Shown in pieces: positions 9,284 to 18,173 of a DNA stretch of 64,000 nucleotides. The translations under genes and the position numbers were made by a program. This stretch comes from Desulfomonilia bacterium (lineage in GTDB: Bacteria > Desulfobacterota > Desulfomonilia > UBA1062). Within the stretch, counting starts at the first letter, position 1, and every line of letters starts with the position of its first letter. The stretch covers positions 27,973 to 91,972 of the forward strand of contig JBEKDT010000019.1 in the NCBI GenBank assembly GCA_050014195.1, written 5' to 3'. The notes beneath the pieces were generated by a model. It had not been told where the DNA came from, made no database searches, and was given only the letters and a program-made list of their open reading frames with translations.

Positions 9284-9763
9284 GAGGACTCATGAACATC
9301 GGAGATTGTATCAAATGTAAAAAAAATTTCTTATGACCGGAGGTTCCCTGCAAGGCAAAAAGACCTTCACTCTCGGCAAGACTTACGATCATTGAGAAGC
9401 TTTGGATTTAAAAAAGTCATTACTTTTCCGATTTTGTTTAACAATATATTAACACGTAGAATGGCTCCCTGCCGCGCACCATGCCCATGTTTAACAAAGT
9501 CCTGTAGTAAATGACCCCCATCCCTCTCCGCATGTTTTTTACTTACCATCCCCGTTAGGTCAACTACAATTCAACATATTGCTAGATATGCCTTCTCCTT
9601 ACAGTTTTCGTTTATTCAGTTACATGGCATGCTCTGCTCCCTAGTAAGTTGAACGAAGAAATTAAGTATCTTTTGAGAATTATAGATACCAAACTATATT
9701 TTATTTCAATGATTTAAATTGACATCAACCCCCCGCTTAAGGTAATTTAAAAAAAATTAAAAA

Positions 9764-10021
9764 ATGAAAGGAGCCCTCTATATGAGGAGACCAACACCGC
9801 CTCAGTCAGAGATAGAATACATTCAAGTAAAAAAAGCATTCTGCTACTTAAGGGACATTGCCGAAGTGTCTCTGGACGTAATTGGGAAGCACTGTAACCG
9901 TCATCCAGGATCTATCTTGCAATATAGAAGTAGAACCCGAATAACCCCACCAGCTATCCGATTGAAGTTGATCGAGTTGGCGAAAAATCATGGATATGAC
10001 CCAACAAAAATGATCGAGTAA
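9764..10021 (+). CDS. small HTH-like (Cro-type) protein
   Basis: 85-aa ORF upstream of Xis-like and helicase genes; helix-turn-helix-like segment SLDVIGKHCNRHPGSILQY. Confidence 0.5.
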   Translation: MKGALYMRRPTPPQSEIEYIQVKKAFCYLRDIAEVSLDVIGKHCNRHPGSILQYRSRTRITPPAIRLKLIELAKNHGYDPTKMIE

Positions 10022-10063
10022 CTTTCACAAAAGTAGCAACCCAAATTGATGAAGGAGTAATTT

Positions 10064-10342
10064 ATGAAACAAGGAAGACAACTGCGTCAAAAACCAGATC
10101 TATCTGCGATGAAGAGAAACTGGGAAGCACCATATGTAGTTAGAAGACAGAAGGAGCTAGACAAATTTTCGGGTGGTATTCTCAATGCAAGGACACTTGC
10201 TAACCTCGATTCTAAAGGTTTGGGACCAAAGGGAAGAGTAAAGATAGGCAAGAAAGTAGCTTATCCTACTCTAAGTTTGGTTGCATGGATGGAAGAGAGA
10301 GGAGAAGCATGTGGCACCGATGTATATTTCAGGCAGATATAA
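10064..10342 (+). CDS. excisionase/AlpA-like DNA-binding protein
   Basis: RTLANLDSKGLGP...KIGKKVAY...LVAWME winged-HTH pattern; AAGGAG RBS. Confidence 0.7.
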   Translation: MKQGRQLRQKPDLSAMKRNWEAPYVVRRQKELDKFSGGILNARTLANLDSKGLGPKGRVKIGKKVAYPTLSLVAWMEERGEACGTDVYFRQI

Positions 10343-11378
10343 TGAATATAAAGTCATTTCTTTAGATAAACTCCTTGAAAAGGATTTGAAGAGTGAGCCT
10401 ATCATTGAAGGGGTGCTAGATAGGCGTGAAAGTCTTGAGATATGCGGAAAAGGGGGTGTAGGAAAATCAGTCCTTAGTCTCAATATTGGTCTTTACTTAG
10501 CGTGCCCCCATATATGCAGCTCTCTTTTATCTAATGAAGGACCACCATATTCTCTATTTGGTTTATGGTCTATACCAAAGTCGGTAAAGACCTTGTTTAT
10601 TCAATCTGAAAACTCTTCACGAGCAACAATAGCTAGAGCGGAAAAGATCTTCTCAGGAAACCCTAAATTCAGAGAAGGTGCAGATAAGATATTCATGCCC
10701 ATAGACAATAATGATGAAATAATCATCAGTGGGCCGCTTACAGATTCACAGTTCCAAGATGCAGTAATGAATTTAATAACATCCTGTTCTATAGATGTAG
10801 TTATTATTGATCCTCTGATTTCCTTTCATGATAAGGATGAGAATGACAATGCAAGGATGAGAGAAAGCTTAAATTGCCTTACAGAAATAATGACAAAAAC
10901 AAGAGTGGCGACAATCATCATACATCATGTTGGCAAAAATAACACAAACAATGAGGGCCGTGGCGCATCTTCAATCGGAGATTGGGCACACAATATAATG
11001 CTTGTTGATAATATTTATGTCCATAAAGGAGAGACGGGCATAGCACCAGCTTTACGAGTTACGCATACTAAGTCAAGAAATCATGAACTAACACCTGAAT
11101 TCGCACTCATTAGAGATGAAAACCTTATTTATAGGAGGTGTTCATCAGGTGAGAAAGAAGAATCTCATGAAAAAGAACTCAAAGGAGTTGTGGCTGCCTT
11201 ACAAGCTTTGGGGGGTAAGACAGATACACAGGCCGAGTTAGTAGAATCTGTCGTGAAGATAGTAGGATGTAAGACATCTAAGGCTAAGGAATTAATAACA
11301 GGAGCATCCGTGAAAAAGTTAATCATGCCGGTGCAAGGGGGGAAGACTATTGGATATCGACTATCCGAAAATGTATGA
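10281..11378 (+). CDS. AAA-family ATPase/RepA-like helicase
   Basis: Walker A GKGGVGKS, Walker B VIIDP, DENDN, IIHH..K, GRGASS; start may be 10320. Confidence 0.88.
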   Translation: MHGWKREEKHVAPMYISGRYNEYKVISLDKLLEKDLKSEPIIEGVLDRRESLEICGKGGVGKSVLSLNIGLYLACPHICSSLLSNEGPPYSLFGLWSIPKSVKTLFIQSENSSRATIARAEKIFSGNPKFREGADKIFMPIDNNDEIIISGPLTDSQFQDAVMNLITSCSIDVVIIDPLISFHDKDENDNARMRESLNCLTEIMTKTRVATIIIHHVGKNNTNNEGRGASSIGDWAHNIMLVDNIYVHKGETGIAPALRVTHTKSRNHELTPEFALIRDENLIYRRCSSGEKEESHEKELKGVVAALQALGGKTDTQAELVESVVKIVGCKTSKAKELITGASVKKLIMPVQGGKTIGYRLSENV

Positions 11379-11379
11379 T

Positions 11380-11590
11380 TGGCCACACGGCCACAATGGC
11401 CATAAAGATTATGTGGCCATACATAATTATTTAATATCATGGGCGATATTAACTAATTTTGTAAAGCCACGAGGCCTTTTGCCAAAACCCCCCGTGGCCA
11501 AGCATAACCCATTGATATTAAAGGAAAGCCACAATGTCACATGGCCACTATAAAGGATATTGTCGTGGCCAAAGAAATTGGCCCACGAAA
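11380..11590. other. putative replication origin with GGCCA/GCCAC iteron-like repeats
   Basis: about 10 short repeats in both orientations, AT-rich core, IHF consensus on the minus strand at 11505-11517. Confidence 0.6.
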
Positions 11591-11650
11591 TACCTGTAAA
11601 CTTTATAGCCGAATTTTTTGCAACCAAAGAGATAATTGGGAGATATTAAG

Positions 11651-12058
11651 ATGAAAGACCTTGAAACGAAAAAGAAATTTGTAGAGCTAAGAGCTTCCGG
11701 CCACAGCTATGCAAAGATCTCTACTGAGTTGAAGGTTTCAAAGCCCACCCTCATCAAATGGGGGAAGCAGCTTGAAAAAGACATAGCCGAGTTGAAGGAT
11801 GCCATGATGCAAGATATCCACCTTCAATTTCAAATTTCAAAAGAGGCACGCAAACAGGTATTGTCCTGGCAACTCTTCCTCATACTTGACGCGCTGCGTT
11901 CACGAGATTTGACCAACGTGAAAACAGAGAAGCTCATGGATCAGCTAGTGAAGACCACCAACGCCCTTGACCGGATCGAAACAAAAGAAGGCCCCCCTGA
12001 TCCCTTTGAGGAAATGTTAAAGGATGCAAAGGCTATAGCTCAACAAAGAAAGGGTTAG
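11651..12058 (+). CDS. HTH protein, possibly terminase-small-subunit-like
   Basis: FVELRASGHSYAKISTELKVSKPTLIKW N-terminal HTH followed by helical region. Confidence 0.6.
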   Translation: MKDLETKKKFVELRASGHSYAKISTELKVSKPTLIKWGKQLEKDIAELKDAMMQDIHLQFQISKEARKQVLSWQLFLILDALRSRDLTNVKTEKLMDQLVKTTNALDRIETKEGPPDPFEEMLKDAKAIAQQRKG

Positions 12059-12147
12059 AAAGCAGTGAATATAGGCACATCCTGAGACATGTGTTGGCGG
12101 TATTAATTATAGAAAACGGACAAGTTAAAGTAAATAAAGGAGTAATC

Positions 12148-12504
12148 ATGAAATACACAAAAGAAGATATAAAAAAATATGCAGTGCAGTATATTGAATC
12201 AGATGATCTAACAAGAGAATGGATTGAGAGCTTAAACTTTGATGATGATTCACTCAGAGTTTTTAAATGGGAAGCAGAAAATATTAGAGGGCAAAAGTGT
12301 TACGATTATTTGACAGATGTTTATCAACCAGAAGGAAAACTTATAGAAATAGCCTTCTCAATAAGACAAGAAGTTTGGATGGAGATTGATAATTATAAAC
12401 AATTATCAAAAGATCTTAGAAAGTTTTTTAGGAATCATCATAAGAAGGATCATCCAGTGCTTTCTAATCTGTTAAATAAAGATTGTCTTAAGAAATTAAT
12501 TTAG
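12148..12504 (+). CDS. hypothetical protein
   Basis: AT-rich ORF with AAGGAG RBS before ATG 12148. Confidence 0.55.
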   Translation: MKYTKEDIKKYAVQYIESDDLTREWIESLNFDDDSLRVFKWEAENIRGQKCYDYLTDVYQPEGKLIEIAFSIRQEVWMEIDNYKQLSKDLRKFFRNHHKKDHPVLSNLLNKDCLKKLI

Positions 12505-12572
12505 TTAGTTGTAATAACCAAGATCCGATCATACATAGCAGATTATGTAGCTAAGATTCCTTCGTGTGCTCT

Positions 12573-12634
12573 TAGAGATCTTTTCACAAAACCTTTAGTC
12601 TAGGCTAAGCGTTGGCTATGGTACGAAATCAACA
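12573..12634 (+). repeat. cassette-boundary repeat, degenerate copy B4 (short class)
   Basis: TAGAGATC ... TGGTACGAAATCAACA with the 51-bp spacing seen in B1-B3. Confidence 0.45.
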
Positions 12635-12820
12635 TATAGGGCATCTTATTTCAAACGCCACAGTTTGTCCAAGATCTTCACTATTTACCAACTCGATATC
12701 ACCTCAAGTTATATTAAGACATTTCATTTTGATCTTTACAAAGGTTAATAATTACCTTAATATATAATGCTTAAATTTAATATTATACATCTGGATATAT
12801 CATCTTCTGGGGGTTTATCT

Positions 12821-13777
12821 ATGAGTACAAGGGGCATCCTTAAGATCATAGGCTCAATTGCGTCTCTTTCCATGATCATGCTCTTAGTCAGCTGTGGTGG
12901 AGGTGGAGGAAACAATTCCACCAGCAACGCTGAGAATCAAGCGGCTGTTGAAGTTTCAGGGCGGATACTTGATAGCAGCAGCATTCCAGTTGAAGGAGCA
13001 ACTGTTACCTTTGCCAGTGTTCCTGTTGTTGTGACGACCGACAATTTGGGTAATTTTTCAGCCAAAGTTGCCCCTGGTGATCACACTATAACGGTCTCGA
13101 AGGACAACATAACGTTCTATCAGCAAGTATATACTGTCAATGAAGGACCGCCAATTTCTCTTGGTGACCTTTCACCAACAACTCCTTATTATCAAAATGG
13201 CGATGGCAGCAGCCCCAAGATTAACAATCTACAGATAGACTTTTCGACCAGTGACTGCATCATCACATGGCAAGTTTCCTCAATCTATGCTGTTGATTAT
13301 TTTACTCTAACAATTCAGGACTCTTCCTCTTTACCTGTAATCCATACCGAATCTCATCTCACAGGTTCTTCATTCACTTACACTTTCGTCATGAATGATG
13401 CTGACCATATTCATCAGGCTTCTCGTAATCTTTACATCGTCCTAACAGCCTATTCTTCCTCTGGACAAACTGTCTCTGAATCTGTCACTGCTTACAATCC
13501 TCCTCCTTCTCAAGTTCAACTTCCTACTATCACTGCTCTCATTTCTGGCTTAGAAATTCAATGGCCTATGGTTTCAGGGGATACCGTTTACTACGAGGTA
13601 GGTGTTTCTCCTACAGATCCTGAATCTGGTACTCTCTATCTTGTAACTAACAATGACATCACCATAGGAAACCTCCCATCAGTCTTAGAATATGTTGCCG
13701 TCCGAGCCTGCGATGCCTTCGGTCCTGGTCCTTGGTCTCCTTTTTCTTCCGACACACCCATTTCTCTCATCCTTTGA
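12821..13777 (+). CDS. lipoprotein with carboxypeptidase-regulatory-like domain and C-terminal FN3-like beta domains
   Basis: LVSCGGGGG lipobox; VSGRILDSSSIPVEGATV...TTDNLGNFS; VAVRACDAFGPGPWS FN3-like end. Confidence 0.75.
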   Translation: MSTRGILKIIGSIASLSMIMLLVSCGGGGGNNSTSNAENQAAVEVSGRILDSSSIPVEGATVTFASVPVVVTTDNLGNFSAKVAPGDHTITVSKDNITFYQQVYTVNEGPPISLGDLSPTTPYYQNGDGSSPKINNLQIDFSTSDCIITWQVSSIYAVDYFTLTIQDSSSLPVIHTESHLTGSSFTYTFVMNDADHIHQASRNLYIVLTAYSSSGQTVSESVTAYNPPPSQVQLPTITALISGLEIQWPMVSGDTVYYEVGVSPTDPESGTLYLVTNNDITIGNLPSVLEYVAVRACDAFGPGPWSPFSSDTPISLIL

Positions 13778-13981
13778 AACTATCCATTGGACCTTGTAGC
13801 ACATTACTTTAGCTTTCATTAGATCCACAAAAGGATAAAGATCATACCATTATCGCTACTCATAGACATGGGTTGAATAGTAGAGATCCCAATATAATGA
13901 AAATTGATATTCTTTGCGCGCGAGGGTAGCTCCCCTAAAAAAGGGGTGGGGGGGGGGTCGTGTTTTAAATCAGATCATTCC

Positions 13982-14025
13982 AACATTGACAATTCAGTCA
14001 CATACTAACATTGACTATTCAGTCA
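13982..14025. repeat. 19-bp direct repeat pair AACATTGACWATTCAGTCA
   Basis: 13982-14000 and 14007-14025, 1 mismatch; each contains TGAC-N6-GTCA. Confidence 0.85.
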
Positions 14026-14122
14026 GCATCATAAAGGTTAAAATGTGGGGAGAGAGTGGGGAGAAAATAGAGATAAACTAAAAAGGGCTTACAGGTGATA
14101 ACCCGTAAACCCTCTTGATATC

Positions 14123-14198
14123 TGGCTCCCCGGGTAGGACTCGAACCTACAACCTAGTGGTTAACAGCCACCCGCTCTGCCGATTGAGCTACCGAGGA
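14123..14198 (-). tRNA. tRNA-Asn (GTT)
   Basis: 76-nt cloverleaf TCCTCGG...CTGTTAA...GGTTCGAGTCC...GCCA with encoded CCA. Confidence 0.98.
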
Positions 14199-14215
14199 AT
14201 GGTCAATGGACTGAA

Positions 14216-14244
14216 TTGATAGCCGTGATTTCATTTCTTGTCAA
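14216..14244 (-). promoter_or_regulatory. sigma70-type promoter of tRNA-Asn
   Basis: TTGACA-N17-TATCAA on the minus strand. Confidence 0.6.
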
Positions 14245-14442
14245 GTGAGAATGCCTGGCTGTCAAGGGTAAAAAGGTAAGTTGTTTAAGGCCTTCAATGC
14301 ACAGTTTGCAGCAAATGGTATGAGAAAACAATGATGATTTCCGTACTCAGTAAGCAGCCGGAGGTATACCGGATTTCTGATCACTGTTTCACTGATCACA
14401 AAAACGATCACTAGTCACTAATCATTAAAGACTCGGCTTCAT

Positions 14443-15348
14443 TCAAATATGCGTCAGCAATCCTTTGTATCGCTCCGCCGTCCCTGAATATACCTCCCTG
14501 AGGCGCAAGATGAGGGCCTGAGTGATGGGGCCCGGGCATATGAGGTCATAGTCTTCTATTTGAGCAATGGGCTGCACATGTCTCAAGGTGCCTGAGAAAA
14601 AGGCCTCATCATACTCACACAGGTCCTGGGGGAGGATATGCGTCTCTTTCACTGTGTGGCCCATGTCTTTCAGTACGTCTATGACCACCCTCCTGGTGAT
14701 GCCGGGAAGGACATTCTCCTTGGTGGGGGTCTCCACACAGGTTCCCTTGGCAAGGAATATGTTGGAGGTTGGACCCTCGGTAACAAACCCGTTGGTGTCC
14801 AGCATAAGGGCCTCATCGAACCCCTTTTTACGTACCTCTGTTCTCGCCAGGAAGCCGTTTACATAGTTGCCCACCACCTTGGCATGGACTGCTGCAGTCT
14901 GCGGGTGGAGCTTCCGATACTGGGATATGCCCACGCTCAACGGGGTGCTGAATCCATCCGGGTTCAAGCCCAGAGAGCTATAGTCAAGGCAGAATATTGC
15001 CACCGATACGTTCTCTGGCGGCCTTGGGCCCAGATCGATGTCGGTATAATAGGCATAAAACTTCGCTATGCCGTTTCTGACTGAATTGGTGCGTGCCGTG
15101 GTGATAATCGCATCCTTGATCTCTTCCCGTGTGAAGGGAATGTTCATATATGTCCTCTCGGCGCTGGAAAAAAATCTCTCCACGTGCTCTTGAAGGCAGA
15201 TCAGTGCCGGGCCGTTCTTGGCAGGGACAACGGCCATTACATCGAACACGGCGGAAGCCCTGCTGAAGCTCTGTGAAAGGGGTGAGATCCGGGTCTCCAT
15301 CCAATCAACAAACGTACCGTCCAGCCATGCCATGATCGTGTTTGCCAT
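14443..15348 (-). CDS. ilvE: branched-chain amino acid aminotransferase (class IV)
   Basis: AKVVGNY, EALMLD..G.VTEGPTSNIF, LPGITR, DEAFFSGT. Confidence 0.85.
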   Translation of the reverse strand: MANTIMAWLDGTFVDWMETRISPLSQSFSRASAVFDVMAVVPAKNGPALICLQEHVERFFSSAERTYMNIPFTREEIKDAIITTARTNSVRNGIAKFYAYYTDIDLGPRPPENVSVAIFCLDYSSLGLNPDGFSTPLSVGISQYRKLHPQTAAVHAKVVGNYVNGFLARTEVRKKGFDEALMLDTNGFVTEGPTSNIFLAKGTCVETPTKENVLPGITRRVVIDVLKDMGHTVKETHILPQDLCEYDEAFFSGTLRHVQPIAQIEDYDLICPGPITQALILRLREVYSGTAERYKGLLTHI

Positions 15349-15549
15349 GGTGTATATCCCTATATGGGCTTTTTTTACGTGTCAAGAGAGCGATAGATGA
15401 ATGTGGCCAGTGATCAAGAGTGACTGGTGATTCGTGAATAGTGACTGGACCTGTCCCCTCTCTCTGATCAGTTATCAGTGGTCGCTGTTTGCTGTGAGCG
15501 CTTTGCTTGACAAAGCCCTTCGTATGAAATAGTAGCATGATCTACTATT

Positions 15550-16098
15550 ATGGATAAGGTACGAACTATTGATGAGATAAAGCTCGTCCCAGACACTATA
15601 GGGGAGGCGGGTATCGAGAAGGACCTCCGTATAGAACCCGGGACCATGATGGAGCTCTTCGCGGATAAGGACATAGAGGTGACCGAACCATTTGATCTCC
15701 ATTATGAGGTGGCAAGGCACCATGAGAATATCCATGTGAGCGTGGACATCAAGGGCAACCTCAGCACCACATGCTCCCGTTGTATGTCTGCTATGGAATA
15801 TCCTGTAGACCTTCATCTGGAGAGCGATTATATGCCTGCCCCCCCTGAGATGTCTGATCATCTGGAGGCAGAGCGGCTGAGCGAGGAGACCGGTTATTTC
15901 CGCAAAGAGATAAAGCTGGGCGAGTACATCATATCCGAGCTTGTCCTGTCTTTGCCTTTCATCTATATCTGCACAGATAGTTGCAAGGGCCTGTGTCCGC
16001 ACTGCGGAGCCAACCTCAATGACGGTCCGTGTGCATGCACGCACAGCGCAGATCCAGGCTTCCAGGTGTTATTACAACTCAAGAAAAACTCTAAGTGA
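15550..16098 (+). CDS. yceD: DUF177/YceD protein
   Basis: CSRC and CTDSCKGLCPHCGANLN motifs; directly upstream of rpmF. Confidence 0.92.
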   Translation: MDKVRTIDEIKLVPDTIGEAGIEKDLRIEPGTMMELFADKDIEVTEPFDLHYEVARHHENIHVSVDIKGNLSTTCSRCMSAMEYPVDLHLESDYMPAPPEMSDHLEAERLSEETGYFRKEIKLGEYIISELVLSLPFIYICTDSCKGLCPHCGANLNDGPCACTHSADPGFQVLLQLKKNSK

Positions 16099-16110
16099 TA
16101 GGAGTGAGCA

Positions 16111-16296
16111 ATGCCGTTACCAAAGAGAAGACACTCGAGCACCAGGAGAGACAAGCGCAGGGCGAATGACGCTCTCAGCATGCCCGCGGTTTCCTTCTGC
16201 CCGAACTGCAAGGAGCCGAAGCCGCCGCACAAGATCTGCCCCAGCTGCGGATACTACAAGGGCAGAGAGGTGATCAAGAACACCAAAGCCGAGTGA
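16111..16296 (+). CDS. rpmF: 50S ribosomal protein L32
   Basis: PKRRHSSTRRDKRR; CPNC...HKICPSCGYY. Confidence 0.98.
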   Translation: MPLPKRRHSSTRRDKRRANDALSMPAVSFCPNCKEPKPPHKICPSCGYYKGREVIKNTKAE

Positions 16297-16306
16297 TGAT
16301 TTTGAG

Positions 16307-17158
16307 ATGCCGTATTGCCTGATCTTCCCAGGTCAAGGGAGCCAGTTCCCCGGCATGTCCAGAGGGCTCACCCTCATGAGGTCTGTTGATGACGGCCTAC
16401 GAACCCTTATGGAGCATGGCCCTGAAGACGAGCTTGGGCAGACGGTTAATGCCCAGCCGGCGGTGTTATCCGTGAGTGTCGCTTTGTGGGAAGGGTCAGG
16501 GCTGAAAGACCCTGCAGTAGTGATGGGGCACAGCCTTGGTGAATATACCGCACTTGTTGCTGCAGGCAGTTTGCAGGCAGATAGTGCCCTTGAGCTTGTG
16601 AAAAAAAGGGCCGGTTTCATGGATGCCTCCAGCCCGAAAGGGGCCGGCAGCATGGCGGCAGTTATTGGTATGTCGGTGCATAATATTGAAGAGGTCATTT
16701 CCAAATTCAGCGATCTCTGGGTGTCCAACCTCAACGGCGCTTCCCAGGTCGTGATCTCGGGCAGCATCCATGCAATCGATTGTGCAACACCGCTGCTCAA
16801 AGAAAAGGGTGCCAGGCGGGTAGTGCCGCTCAAGGTCACGGTGGCATCCCATTGTCCGTACATGGCCCATGCAAGAGAAGCCCTTGAAGGATACCTTAAG
16901 GGAATCAAGATAAAAGAGCCGTCATGCCCCGTCGTCTCCAACGTGAGCGCCCGGCCGGAGGCCGACCCTGGGCGCATCAAGGTGCTTCTTGCAGAGCAGC
17001 TCGTAAGCCCGGTGAGGTTCGAGGAATCCGTGCGTGCGGCAGCTGGCCTCGGCATCGACCGTTTTATTGAGATCGGTCCGCGTTGTGTGTTAGCACCGCT
17101 GGTGAGGCGGATTGCGCCGGGGGCCAACGTGGAGGTAATCACGAATGATGAGCATTGA
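16307..17158 (+). CDS. fabD: malonyl-CoA:ACP transacylase
   Basis: FPGQGSQ, AQPA, GHSLGEY, EIGP. Confidence 0.96.
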   Translation: MPYCLIFPGQGSQFPGMSRGLTLMRSVDDGLRTLMEHGPEDELGQTVNAQPAVLSVSVALWEGSGLKDPAVVMGHSLGEYTALVAAGSLQADSALELVKKRAGFMDASSPKGAGSMAAVIGMSVHNIEEVISKFSDLWVSNLNGASQVVISGSIHAIDCATPLLKEKGARRVVPLKVTVASHCPYMAHAREALEGYLKGIKIKEPSCPVVSNVSARPEADPGRIKVLLAEQLVSPVRFEESVRAAAGLGIDRFIEIGPRCVLAPLVRRIAPGANVEVITNDEH

Positions 17159-17888
17159 CCTGAGCACACAGGTGGCCCTCGTCACCGGTGCAAGCCGTGG
17201 TATCGGCGCTGCTACGGCAAAGTCCCTTGGAATGGCAGGTGCACACGTGATCGTCAACTATAAGAACAGCCACGAGCGTGCCAGGGAGGTGGTCGGCGAG
17301 ATCAAATCGGCAGGCGGATCTGCCGAGGCCATGTGTTTTGATGTGGCCGACGAAGCCCAGATAGCCAAGCATTTCAATGAGATCATGGCCTCCCACGGCA
17401 GGCTTGATATCCTTGTGAACAACGCCGGTATCTCAAAGGACGCACTATTTCTCAGGGTCAAACCTGAAATGCTCAATGAAATGATAGATGTAAATATCAA
17501 GGGGGCCTTTTTCTGCACTTTCCACGCTGCGAGATATATGATAAAGCAAAGACGTGGAAAGATCGTGACGGTCTCTTCCATTGTCGGGCTCGGGGGAAAC
17601 CCGGGGCAGAGTGTGTATGCAACGACGAAGGCCGGGCTCATCGGCATGACAAAGAGTTTCGCCAAGGAACTCGGCCCACGGGGGATACAAGTGAATGCTA
17701 TCGCGCCGGGTTTCGTTGACACCGAGATGACTTCAGGCATAGACAGGCAGGCCATCATCAAAGAGATACCGTTGCGCAAGACCGGCAGCCCGGACGATGT
17801 GGCCGGGGTAATCCTGTTTCTGTGTTCCGACCTGAGCGCCTACATCACCGGTCAGGTTATTGTCGTGGATGGCGGGCTATATATGTGA
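17145..17888 (+). CDS. fabG: 3-oxoacyl-ACP reductase
   Basis: TGASRGIG, NNAG, YATTK; fab operon context. Confidence 0.95.
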   Translation: MMSIDLSTQVALVTGASRGIGAATAKSLGMAGAHVIVNYKNSHERAREVVGEIKSAGGSAEAMCFDVADEAQIAKHFNEIMASHGRLDILVNNAGISKDALFLRVKPEMLNEMIDVNIKGAFFCTFHAARYMIKQRRGKIVTVSSIVGLGGNPGQSVYATTKAGLIGMTKSFAKELGPRGIQVNAIAPGFVDTEMTSGIDRQAIIKEIPLRKTGSPDDVAGVILFLCSDLSAYITGQVIVVDGGLYM

Positions 17889-17931
17889 TGTACCTAAAGG
17901 ATGTAGAGAACCTTAAAGGAGGACTATACTG

Positions 17932-18165
17932 ATGGCAGATGTTCAGCAGCGGATCATACAACTGATTGCCGAGCAGTTGGAGAAGGACCCATCCGAGATC
18001 AAGCCGGAGATGTCTTTTGCAGACGACCTCGGGGCCGATTCCCTTGATCTGGTCGAGCTGATAATGACCGTAGAAGAGGAGTTCAACATCGAGATCCCGG
18101 ACGAGGATGCCGAGAAGATCAAGTTCGTGAAGGACGCCATAGAATACGTTAAAGCCAAGATATGA
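17932..18165 (+). CDS. acpP: acyl carrier protein
   Basis: [12 protein letters not shown]. Confidence 0.98.
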   Translation: MADVQQRIIQLIAEQLEKDPSEIKPEMSFADDLGADSLDLVELIMTVEEEFNIEIPDEDAEKIKFVKDAIEYVKAKI

Positions 18166-18173
18166 CGCCCTAA

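Larger units (their letters stand above)
7268..14167. mobile_element. integrative island (phage-satellite/PICI-like) inserted in tRNA-Asn
   Basis: 45-bp direct repeat 7268-7312 = 14123-14167; integrase next to one end; HTH, Xis-like and AAA helicase genes; AT-rich. Confidence 0.92.

Noticed and set aside
9292-9549. Short ORF with A8 tract as a phase-variable gene
   Set aside because: Neither frame gives a recognisable protein; cannot be supported.
12671-12690. AAGATCTTCACTATT as another cassette site
   Set aside because: Core-like word only; neither outer box is at the expected distance.
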